Origin: Acholeplasma laidlawii PG-8A
GTDB lineage: Bacteria; Bacillota_I; Bacilli_A; Acholeplasmatales; Acholeplasmataceae
Direction: 5' to 3'
Length of the DNA: 32,000 nucleotides
NCBI RefSeq assembly: GCF_000018785.1
Contig: NC_010163.1
Coordinates: 1,110,001-1,142,000 of the forward strand
The position numbers and the translations under genes are program-made. The notes under the pieces were generated by a model. The model saw only the letters and a program-made list of their open reading frames with translations, did not search any database and was not told where the DNA came from. Shown piece after piece: positions 1-7,215 of the stretch. The number at the start of each line of letters is the position of its first letter. Within the stretch, counting starts at the first letter, position 1.

Positions 1-204
1 GGAGATTAGCTAATGATCTCAATTATACTTTGGTTTTTCAATAAAGATTTAAATGTAATTTTAAAGCGTTTTCACAACACAGATATCATTATAACAAACT
101 TTTTATGTTTTGTTAAGCCATTATCGGTATATTGGTTGTTTTTATCAAGATTATGAAAAAATTGTAAGTTTAGATATGTTTTTGAGTGAATATTGATTAA
201 AATA

Positions 205-241
205 ATCAAACCTGAGCTAAGTTTCAGGCTTAACTCAGGTT
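205..241 (-). terminator. Intrinsic terminator downstream of flotillin gene
   Basis: 8-bp stem aacctgag (209-216) / ctcaggtt (234-241), followed on the minus strand by a T-rich tract. Confidence 0.5.
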
Positions 242-260
242 GATTGTTTGATTATTAGTT

Positions 261-1685
261 TTACTTTTTATCTTTTTCAGTTTTTGGTTCTACTGGTTTT
301 GAAGTGAGTTTACCCGATGCATATCCTGCTAACAACGAGGTTAGATCAATACCAGTTGATTCTTGAATAGATGATAAGATTTGAGTGGATGAATTAACGA
401 TATCTCCAACTAACTTAGTAGAGTTACCATCACCATACATAGTGATTTTATCTACTTTAGCAAGTGGTGATGCTGCAGCACCAACAATCTTAGGTAATAC
501 ATCAGAATTTAAGATTAATTCTAAGACCGCTGCATCTTCCATTAACTTCATCGCTTCTGCTTTTTTCTCAATCGCTTCAGCTTCTGCAAGACCTACCGCT
601 TGAATACCCTGTGCACGTTGTTCTTCAGCAAATCTTTGAGCTTCAGCAGCTACTTTAATAGACTCAGCTCGTTTAGCTTCTTCAATATATTTAGCTTCAG
701 CTTCTTTAGAACGAATATAAAGATCAGCTAAAGCCTTTTGTTCAGCAGCATAGCGTTTCGCATCCGCGTCTTTTCTAACGACTGCATCTAAACGTTTTTC
801 TTCAACTTCAATTTCTTTTTGTTTTAATTCAATCTCTTTTGTACGTTTAGCAATCTCTGCTTCTTGAATTGCGATATTTACACTCTTAGATTCATTAGCA
901 CTTTGAATTTGATACGCAGCATCTGCTACCGCTTTTTGTGTATCAGATTTTTGTTTTAAAGCTGATTGACGTAATTCTAAATCTGTATTTTGCTCAGCAA
1001 TTTTTAACTCAGCAGTAATTCTTGCTTCGTTGGCTAATTCTTTTGCTTGCGCTGTTGCAATCTCTACATCTTTTTCAGAGTTTGCACGGGCAATAGAAGC
1101 TTCTTTTCTAATTTGAGTAACATTATCAACCCCAAGGTCTTCAATGACACCATTTTTATCACTAAAGTTTTGAATGGTGATATTAATGATTTCAAGACCC
1201 ATACGGTTCATATCTTGCATTGCAGAGTTATATACTTGTTCTGCAAACTTTTCTCTGTTTTGAACAAGTTCTTTTAACTTCATTTGACCAATGATTTCAC
1301 GCATGTTACCTTCTAATATTTCTTTAGTAACTACACGTATACCTTCTAAGTCTCTAGATAAAAGAATTTGACCAGCTAAACGGATTGAGTCTTCATCTGT
1401 CATAATACGGATGTTTGCTACCCCATCTACAAAGATATTGATAAATTCATTTGTAGGTACAGCAGAATCTGTTTTAATATCTGTTTGAATTAATGATAAT
1501 GGGATCGCATCAATTCTTTCTAAGAATGGAATACGTAATGTACCCTTTCCTATAACTACTCTTGACTTCTTAGGTCCTGTAATAATATATGCTTGGTTTG
1601 GTTTAACCTTAACATAGGATGCTGCAAATAAAACGATCAAAATGACCACAACGGCAATAGATATGCCGATGATGAGTTCTTCCAT
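261..1685 (-). CDS. Flotillin / SPFH (band-7) domain membrane-scaffold protein
   Basis: N-terminal TM helix (ELIIGISIAVVVILIVLFAA), SPFH core, and a long Ala/Glu/Lys-rich coiled coil typical of FloT/YuaG-type flotillins. The track ORF starts at 1754. I prefer ATG 1685, which is preceded by AAGAGGGG about 9 nt upstream. Confidence 0.85.
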   Translation of the reverse strand: MEELIIGISIAVVVILIVLFAASYVKVKPNQAYIITGPKKSRVVIGKGTLRIPFLERIDAIPLSLIQTDIKTDSAVPTNEFINIFVDGVANIRIMTDEDSIRLAGQILLSRDLEGIRVVTKEILEGNMREIIGQMKLKELVQNREKFAEQVYNSAMQDMNRMGLEIINITIQNFSDKNGVIEDLGVDNVTQIRKEASIARANSEKDVEIATAQAKELANEARITAELKIAEQNTDLELRQSALKQKSDTQKAVADAAYQIQSANESKSVNIAIQEAEIAKRTKEIELKQKEIEVEEKRLDAVVRKDADAKRYAAEQKALADLYIRSKEAEAKYIEEAKRAESIKVAAEAQRFAEEQRAQGIQAVGLAEAEAIEKKAEAMKLMEDAAVLELILNSDVLPKIVGAAASPLAKVDKITMYGDGNSTKLVGDIVNSSTQILSSIQESTGIDLTSLLAGYASGKLTSKPVEPKTEKDKK

Positions 1686-1815
1686 ATGTACTTTCCCCTC
1701 TTTCGTATGGTTATGTTTTAACACTTTAGAATAATTATACATGAATTTATACATGATTCCTACTCATTCAATAAAAAATTTTACGTAATTTTTATACTTC
1801 AACTTAAGACAACAT

Positions 1816-1860
1816 AAAAACCCTATAAACTTGTTAAATAAACATACAAATTTATAGGGT
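1816..1860 (-). terminator. Intrinsic terminator downstream of GlsB-family gene
   Basis: 10-bp stem accctataaa (1820-1829) / tttatagggt (1851-1860), with a T-run on the minus strand (plus-strand aaaaa at 1816-1820). Confidence 0.6.
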
Positions 1861-1874
1861 TATTTAGTACTTTA

Positions 1875-2120
1875 TTACCTTTTCTTAAGTGCTTTTAAGA
1901 TACTAATAAATACTATAGCGCCTAGAATAGATATAAAAAATCCTGGCCATGAGATATCAGTTGTTGTAAAGTTTTTAAATCCACTTGCAGCCCAGCCTCC
2001 TAAAAAGGAACCTATAATACCTACTATGATATCTGCAATAAGTCCTCTTTTATCCTTAGTTATCCAACCTGCAACGATACCAGTGATTGCTCCAAATAAA
2101 ATCCAAATCAGTAAATTCAT
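1875..2120 (-). CDS. GlsB/YeaQ/YmgE-family (transglycosylase-associated) small stress membrane protein
   Basis: 81 aa with three Gly-rich TM helices (GAITGIVAGW, GIIGSFLGGW). GGAGG SD 7 nt upstream of the ATG. Confidence 0.8.
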   Translation of the reverse strand: MNLLIWILFGAITGIVAGWITKDKRGLIADIIVGIIGSFLGGWAASGFKNFTTTDISWPGFFISILGAIVFISILKALKKR

Positions 2121-2228
2121 CTTTTCGCCTCCTATATTAACGTACTCCCATTATATGTTAAATAGTATGTATCTCCTAATCATTATACAAATAAAATTTA
2201 CTTTTTATTGGTTTTAATTTTGACATGT

Positions 2229-2260
2229 AAAAAGGTATTTGATTTTTGTCAAATACCTTT
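2229..2260 (-). terminator. Intrinsic terminator ending the lipoprotein/SHOCT/85-aa operon
   Basis: 12-bp stem aaaggtatttga (2231-2242) / tcaaataccttt (2249-2260), flanked by a T-run on the minus strand. Confidence 0.7.
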
Positions 2261-2289
2261 CCTTTGAGAGTCATTAATTTGTTAATTGA

Positions 2290-2547
2290 TTATTCTTTGC
2301 TATTAATAGCATCCACAACCTTGTTAAACTTACTTGTTACCTTTTTGATACCTTTGTTGATATCTTGATTGAGTTTGTATGATGGGTTTTCTTTAAAGAT
2401 TGCTATTACATCATATTTATGTGCATGTATTGCACTTTCAAAATCCCATCCATTTTTTGCTTGATCGTTGATGAGTTCAGCTAACTTTTCTGAACGTAGT
2501 TTTGTATCTTTGACGCCTTTAATGATTTCTGTTTTATACATGATCAT
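2290..2547 (-). CDS. Small hypothetical protein, DUF4177-like
   Basis: 85 aa. The motif LAELINDQAKNGWDFESAI resembles the DUF4177 core (remembered, not searched). A GGGGG SD favours the second ATG (2541) slightly over 2547. Confidence 0.6.
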   Translation of the reverse strand: MIMYKTEIIKGVKDTKLRSEKLAELINDQAKNGWDFESAIHAHKYDVIAIFKENPSYKLNQDINKGIKKVTSKFNKVVDAINSKE

Positions 2548-2610
2548 ATTCCCCCTATATCATGATTTTCTTTAAGACCATCATACCATATTTTATTTGC
2601 AATGTATTCA

Positions 2611-2937
2611 TTAAAAGCCTAATATGCGTTTTCTACTCTCGTGGTATTCTTCTTCAGAAATGATACCTTTATTATAAAGTGATTGTACTTTATTTAGTTG
2701 TGTTTCTATATCATCAGTACTTCTTGATGTACTACTACTACTTGTAACATATGTATTGTCTTCATTCTTAAGTCCAGAAATACTTACAAGTAGTGTTATC
2801 AAGTAGATAATGAATGATACCCATATAAAAGGCATGATGAAAGCTAGAAAAAATGAAAGTATTAACCCAATGATACTGATGACCATTGCTGGTTTCCATT
2901 TCTTTAATACCACCAAAACTATTGCTACTATATCCAT
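2611..2937 (-). CDS. Membrane protein with C-terminal SHOCT domain
   Basis: Two TM helices, a Ser/Thr linker, then LNKVQSLYNKGIISEEEYHESRKRILG, which matches the SHOCT short C-terminal motif. AAGGAG SD. Confidence 0.75.
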   Translation of the reverse strand: MDIVAIVLVVLKKWKPAMVISIIGLILSFFLAFIMPFIWVSFIIYLITLLVSISGLKNEDNTYVTSSSSTSRSTDDIETQLNKVQSLYNKGIISEEEYHESRKRILGF

Positions 2938-2968
2938 TTAGTTAAATCTCCTTTATTATTATTGTTAT

Positions 2969-4963
2969 TTAGTCGATAACTACTTTTGTTCCAATGTATG
3001 CACTAATTTGTTCATAGTTCATCTCATCTTTTTGAATATCAAAAATCGGTATTAGACTTGCATAATCACTTTCTATACGTGATTTTAATGCTGTTGTAAT
3101 ATTTAGTGTGAAGTTAGAAATATTACTATTTTGACTTGTAATGTCTACTGATAATTCATCATACTTTTCTACTTGAATAAATAACATAGGAACTACTTTA
3201 GAAACCTTTGTTAATACATCATTTTCCATGACATAAAAGTATTGAATTCTAAATTCTATATCATATCTTCTGGATGCAGTTTTCAGTGTAAATCCACCAA
3301 ATGATTTTGTCTTAAACGGAGTTGTACCATTGTTGACATAAACTTCTTTAATTTGAGTTTCGGTATCTGTTTCATACTTAATGTTTGTAATACCAGTTTG
3401 GCTATCTAAATTAAACCATAGTGTATTATATTGAATTGAAGATAAAGTCTCCTTGACTTCGTATCCTAAAAGTTTACCAGTAGATTTTTGGTATAACTCT
3501 ACAATCGTTCCACTAAAGCCTAAAATAGCCCCCGCTTTATTTCCTACAACGGATACATATGTATCATCCACTTTAAATTGAGCAGCACTCGATAATGATT
3601 TTCCAGCTACTGTCATGTGTTCATATATTGAACCTTCAATATGTCCATTTTCATCTTCTAAAACTTCAATATAAGAAGTTCTAAATCCTAAATATTTTGA
3701 TGCGATCGTAAAACCATCTTCAAAAACTTCATATTTTACACTATTAGCATCACCAATTTGGATACGGCCATCTTTATCAGAAGTAACCACATTATAGTTT
3801 AATGCTATTTGAACAGTTTGTTCACCAAATACAGGTATATTTGCTGTGTAGTCTACAACGTAACTCAGTACTTCACCTTCTAATGAAATATACACATTAT
3901 ATATGCCTAGTTTAAATTCATAGTTAGAAGTATCATCAGGGTTACTATCTAAATAGTTGTTAAATGCTACAACACTTGCTGAACTTATAGTGTCAATTAC
4001 TGACAATACAGTAAATAAGGTTTCTGCTTGTTCTAGGTTATCTAGTACCATTTGCCATTGTTCACCATATCCACCAAAAGTAATTTGATTAGTATTTACA
4101 AATGTAGCATAATTTGAATTTAATTGTGCTTGTGTCTTTAATACACCACCTGCTTGCATATGTGTAGGTAATATGTCTTGTGGCTTAAATTTATATGTAT
4201 TTAGGAGACTAGATAAGTATTGTCCGATTGCAACTTGTTCATTCCAAATAGCGTAAATTTTCAAATTCGAAGTCATTGTAATAGGCCACTGAACTTCTAC
4301 CTTAGTAGATAAATTCGTGGTCCAACCAGCAAATTTAAATCCTTCTTTTGTAGGATCTTGTGGTTTATTAATTGACATATCTTCATCTACTGTAATTGCA
4401 TTCACAGCTGAGCCGCCATCTACATCAAAAGTTAATGTATAAGTAGGTGTTATATATTGCCAATTTGCATAGAGTGTTAGATCAGATGTAACTTCAATGC
4501 TATTTACTGAATTTCCAGTAAATTCATCTTCTAAATACCATCCCTTGAATTCGTGATTTGCTTTGTTAGGTGTTGGAAAATCACTAAATAACGTACCTTC
4601 ATTAACTTTTCTAGTAACTGTACCTTCTGGGCTATTTGTTACAAATGTTATTGTGTATATATTAACCTTATTAGTCCATTTTGCGTAAATAGTCATATTT
4701 GAGTTCACTACAGTACTTGATGTAGCTTCTTCAGTCTTAGCATTATTTGTATACCATCCAGCAAAATCAAAATTCTCTTTAGTTGTAGTAGGTAGTGTAC
4801 CTAAAGTAGATCCCTCATTGACTGTTTTATTAGATACACTTGTTCCACCGTCAACATCAAATGTAACCGTATAAGTCTTTAATTCAGGAGCCGGTTCATC
4901 TCCACAGGCAACCAGCACAAAGGCAGCCATTAAAAATCCTAATATGATGAAAATTTTCTTCAT
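2969..4963 (-). CDS. Surface lipoprotein with three Listeria-Bacteroides (Flg_new/InlB-B-like) repeats and a large uncharacterised C-terminal domain
   Basis: Signal peptide with lipobox VLVAC|G. Three ~70-aa repeats of the pattern YT(V/I/L)TF..(DGG)...F.GW......(I/L)YA.W. About 420 further aa have no motif I recognise. Confidence 0.85.
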   Translation of the reverse strand: MKKIFIILGFLMAAFVLVACGDEPAPELKTYTVTFDVDGGTSVSNKTVNEGSTLGTLPTTTKENFDFAGWYTNNAKTEEATSSTVVNSNMTIYAKWTNKVNIYTITFVTNSPEGTVTRKVNEGTLFSDFPTPNKANHEFKGWYLEDEFTGNSVNSIEVTSDLTLYANWQYITPTYTLTFDVDGGSAVNAITVDEDMSINKPQDPTKEGFKFAGWTTNLSTKVEVQWPITMTSNLKIYAIWNEQVAIGQYLSSLLNTYKFKPQDILPTHMQAGGVLKTQAQLNSNYATFVNTNQITFGGYGEQWQMVLDNLEQAETLFTVLSVIDTISSASVVAFNNYLDSNPDDTSNYEFKLGIYNVYISLEGEVLSYVVDYTANIPVFGEQTVQIALNYNVVTSDKDGRIQIGDANSVKYEVFEDGFTIASKYLGFRTSYIEVLEDENGHIEGSIYEHMTVAGKSLSSAAQFKVDDTYVSVVGNKAGAILGFSGTIVELYQKSTGKLLGYEVKETLSSIQYNTLWFNLDSQTGITNIKYETDTETQIKEVYVNNGTTPFKTKSFGGFTLKTASRRYDIEFRIQYFYVMENDVLTKVSKVVPMLFIQVEKYDELSVDITSQNSNISNFTLNITTALKSRIESDYASLIPIFDIQKDEMNYEQISAYIGTKVVID
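4244..4873 (-). repeat. Three tandem ~210-nt coding repeats (aa 31-96, 97-168, 169-240 of the lipoprotein)
   Basis: The repeated protein pattern YTxTF...GW...IYAxW appears three times in direct succession. Confidence 0.8.
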
Positions 4964-5054
4964 TTTTTCCTTATCCTTCTTTCTTTTATTTGTTATTTGT
5001 AATAATAAACAATGACTATTAGGTTACTTTTTTAACTTGCCAAACTGAATATAA

Positions 5055-5082
5055 CAAAAAAAGATTCAACAGTGCGTTGAAT
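5055..5082 (-). terminator. Intrinsic terminator/attenuator in the spacer upstream of the lipoprotein gene
   Basis: Minus strand reads attcaac-gcact-gttgaat followed by c+TTTTTTT. The stem is only 7 bp but the U-tract is strong. Confidence 0.5.
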
Positions 5083-5277
5083 AACTATATTATTAGTTGA
5101 TTCTATTTTTCTAAGTATATCCATAATTATCCCCGTTATTAAGCATTTACTTTATTTAATTGTTTATCTTGATTTAATTATAACATGATAATATCATTTT
5201 TTAGTTGACCAAAAGTATAATCTTTAAATCTATATTTAGTTTTCATTTGCTTATTCCCCTAAACAGTTGTTATTACT

Positions 5278-5306
5278 ATTAGATCATTTATATCAAATTG
5301 TGTCAA
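5278..5306 (-). promoter_or_regulatory. Sigma-70-type promoter TTGACA-N17-TCTAAT with TG extension; GATC overlaps the -10
   Basis: The minus strand reads TTGACA (5306-5301), a 17-nt spacer ending in aTGa, then TCTAAT (5283-5278). GATC lies at 5282-5285. Downstream come an AGGGGA SD and a 22-codon mini-ORF. Confidence 0.5.
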
Positions 5307-5322
5307 CAAAGTGATCTGATAT

Positions 5323-5346
5323 AAAAAAAGACCTTAATAAAAGATC
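5323..5346 (-). terminator. Weak intrinsic terminator after the wH-T5orf172 gene
   Basis: Minus strand reads gatctt-ttatt-aaggtc (6 bp including one G-U pair) followed by TTTTTTT. Confidence 0.4.
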
Positions 5347-5360
5347 ATTTATTAATTAAA

Positions 5361-5954
5361 TTAGGAATGTAGATTATAACTTAACATGTCCTCAATTATG
5401 TTAAATATTTCGATACCTTTTTCAACCGGTAGTTTGAAAAACTCTCTTTTTTTGGCTTCAGTTTCTTTTCTTAAACTTGGATTCACTGTATCTATAAATG
5501 AATGAATACCTTTTTCAATTACAAGAGATTCTTTCATTGATTTGGTCTCTATAATCTTTTCCACTTTAAAAGGAAAAGGTACAGATGAATTATATAAAGA
5601 TTTCATTCTATTTTTAATTGAGTTTGTTCTACCTATCTTTACCCAACCAGGAATTGATTCATTTGAAACTAAATACACATAATCTTTTTTGCCTTTTTCC
5701 AATTCAGAGAAGTAAACTGCATCAAGTTTCATTTGATAAACCCCTGGTTCAATTCTATGAATAATTTCAAAGCGATTTAGATTTTGTAACGTTTGTCTGA
5801 TCTTTGCCTCTATATGAAAATTATTTGGATATACAGATTTAAACTCATCAAAAAAAGCATTTATATCCTTTAGTGAGAATATATTATGTTTAAACTTACT
5901 TTTTATGACCGTATAAACAAGATAGTTCCAACCATTTAATCTTTCAACTTCCAT
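5361..5954 (-). CDS. Fusion protein: N-terminal DpnI-C-terminal-like winged helix plus C-terminal T5orf172 (MUG113, GIY-YIG-superfamily) domain
   Basis: The N-terminus (GWNYLVYTVI...FSLKDINAFFDEFKSVYPNNFHIEAKIRQTLQNLNRFEIIHRIEPGVYQM) aligns with my memory of the DpnI wH domain (GW..., F.L.D., NNHIKEKIRQQLQILRD...G.Y). The C-terminus (YVYLVSN...WVKIGRTNSIKNRMKSL...EKGIH...REFFKL) matches the T5orf172 pattern. It has its own promoter, an AAGGGGAG SD and a terminator. Confidence 0.75.
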   Translation of the reverse strand: MEVERLNGWNYLVYTVIKSKFKHNIFSLKDINAFFDEFKSVYPNNFHIEAKIRQTLQNLNRFEIIHRIEPGVYQMKLDAVYFSELEKGKKDYVYLVSNESIPGWVKIGRTNSIKNRMKSLYNSSVPFPFKVEKIIETKSMKESLVIEKGIHSFIDTVNPSLRKETEAKKREFFKLPVEKGIEIFNIIEDMLSYNLHS

Positions 5955-5986
5955 ATAATCTCCCCTTAAAACTATACTTTAATATA

Positions 5987-6015
5987 ATTAGATCATGTTT
6001 TTACTTTTATGTCAA
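5987..6015 (-). promoter_or_regulatory. Promoter of the wH-T5orf172 gene: TTGACA-N17-TCTAAT, TG-extended, with GATC overlapping the -10
   Basis: The minus strand reads TTGACA (6015-6010), a 17-nt spacer ending in aTGa, then TCTAAT (5992-5987). GATC lies at 5991-5994. The architecture is the same as at 5278-5306. Confidence 0.55.
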
Positions 6016-6034
6016 ATTAATTATGTTTTTATAG

Positions 6035-6062
6035 AAAAAACCAATACAAATCACTGTATTGG
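6035..6062 (-). terminator. Intrinsic terminator closing the DpnII operon after the 82-aa gene
   Basis: Stem ccaataca (6041-6048) / tgtattgg (6055-6062), followed on the minus strand by TTTTTT. Confidence 0.65.
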
Positions 6063-6077
6063 CTTATGTTAATCGTA

Positions 6078-6326
6078 TTATAGACTTTGAATTTTTTGAC
6101 TTACCAAACTATCTAATAGTTCAACATCATCATTTTGAGTATATATTTCATATATTTCTTGAATTATTTCTAATAAAGTAGGTTTTACTGCTTCAGTAAT
6201 TTGACCAATATTATTCTCATAATACATCATTACCTTATATGCAATAAATACATGTGTAACATATAAATCTTCATTTTCTAATTGAGATTCTAGTTTTTTT
6301 GTAAAATCTAATAAATCAAATGCCAT
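6078..6326 (-). CDS. Small strongly acidic hypothetical protein, fourth gene of the DpnII operon
   Basis: 82 aa with 15 Asp/Glu versus 5 Lys/Arg, predicted helical. GGAG SD. It starts 37 nt after the dpnB stop, and the terminator comes only after it. A TATAAT also lies in the 37-nt gap. Confidence 0.65.
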   Translation of the reverse strand: MAFDLLDFTKKLESQLENEDLYVTHVFIAYKVMMYYENNIGQITEAVKPTLLEIIQEIYEIYTQNDDVELLDSLVSQKIQSL

Positions 6327-6363
6327 ATCATCATCTCCAGTAAGATGATTATACTATAAATTA

Positions 6364-7215
6364 CTATGTATTAAATAGTTTATGGAGCACTTTATGTTCT
6401 AGATCATATAAGGTATATAAATGTTCTATATCGTTATAAGCTTCCTCTAAATTCTTTTTAGTGGATAACCAGCCTTTTCCATCAGTAATCCAAACAAACG
6501 ATACATTGTCTATCTCTTTGATATCTTTGGCTAGTTTAGCATAACTTCTTGAAGTCTCGTTTAATTTAGAACCACTTGTTCCATAGTAGTTAGTTTCTAT
6601 AAGATATATATGACCCATTTTATCTTTTATCACAAAATCAAAACGCTTGTTTGATTTTGTGTCTTTTAAAGTATTAGATATATCTACACCAAATTCCTTA
6701 TATATTTTACTTGTATTAGCTTCTTCAAGTATGTCTATGCTTGGAATATCTTTCAAGTTCTTTAAAACAATCTGCGACATCATTTTGCCACTTCTATTTT
6801 TTCTACTATTAGTATCTAGTCCAACTTCAACACCAGTGACATAATCTACTAGGTTTTTGATACGTTTATCGTAAAACAAGTCTATAAGTCCTGTTTTTCT
6901 AATAAACTCTATATAATTGACATTCGGATCATAATAGTTGAAATTATAGGATTTCATTACTTCATCTAACACTTGAATGTTGTTTTCCCTAACTGCGAGT
7001 AATACAGGTATAACAGTTATGATATTCGGGTGTTCTTCTAATAACACTTTAAAAGCCTCATCAAAATTATCTTTTCCGATAAGGTAGTTTAATGTATTAA
7101 GTTTTAATTCTATGTGCTCTACTATACTAAAGACTTTTTTAAAATCAACAAAATAATCATATGTTGATAAACCCTCTTTTATAGATTCTATAATGTCATC
7201 AAATGATCTTTTCAT
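6364..7215 (-). CDS. dpnB: Type II restriction endonuclease, DpnII/MboI family (GATC)
   Basis: Matches remembered S. pneumoniae DpnII motifs: LVDYVTGVEVGLDTNSRKNRSG, KRFDFVIK, YGTSGSKLNETSRSY, WITDGKGW and DLEH. The ATGA start/stop overlaps dpnA. Confidence 0.9.
   Translation of the reverse strand: MKRSFDDIIESIKEGLSTYDYFVDFKKVFSIVEHIELKLNTLNYLIGKDNFDEAFKVLLEEHPNIITVIPVLLAVRENNIQVLDEVMKSYNFNYYDPNVNYIEFIRKTGLIDLFYDKRIKNLVDYVTGVEVGLDTNSRKNRSGKMMSQIVLKNLKDIPSIDILEEANTSKIYKEFGVDISNTLKDTKSNKRFDFVIKDKMGHIYLIETNYYGTSGSKLNETSRSYAKLAKDIKEIDNVSFVWITDGKGWLSTKKNLEEAYNDIEHLYTLYDLEHKVLHKLFNT

Noticed and set aside
5282-5346. A cluster of three GATC sites spaced 31 and 30 bp apart (5282, 5313, 5343), considered as a SeqA-like or Dam-regulatory array.
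   Set aside because: At this base composition GATC is expected about once per 350-400 bp. A rough estimate says one such triplet somewhere in 32 kb is not surprising. Only the overlap of GATC with the -10 elements is kept as a finding.
5952-5970. 19-nt identity (catataatctccccttaaa) between the translation-initiation regions of the wH-T5orf172 gene and capD (16021-16039).
   Set aside because: The match is exactly SD (AAGGGGAG) plus spacer plus ATG, and similarity stops on both sides. It most likely reflects convergence on a strong consensus ribosome-binding site rather than a duplication or recombination scar. A genome-wide count of this 19-mer would settle it.
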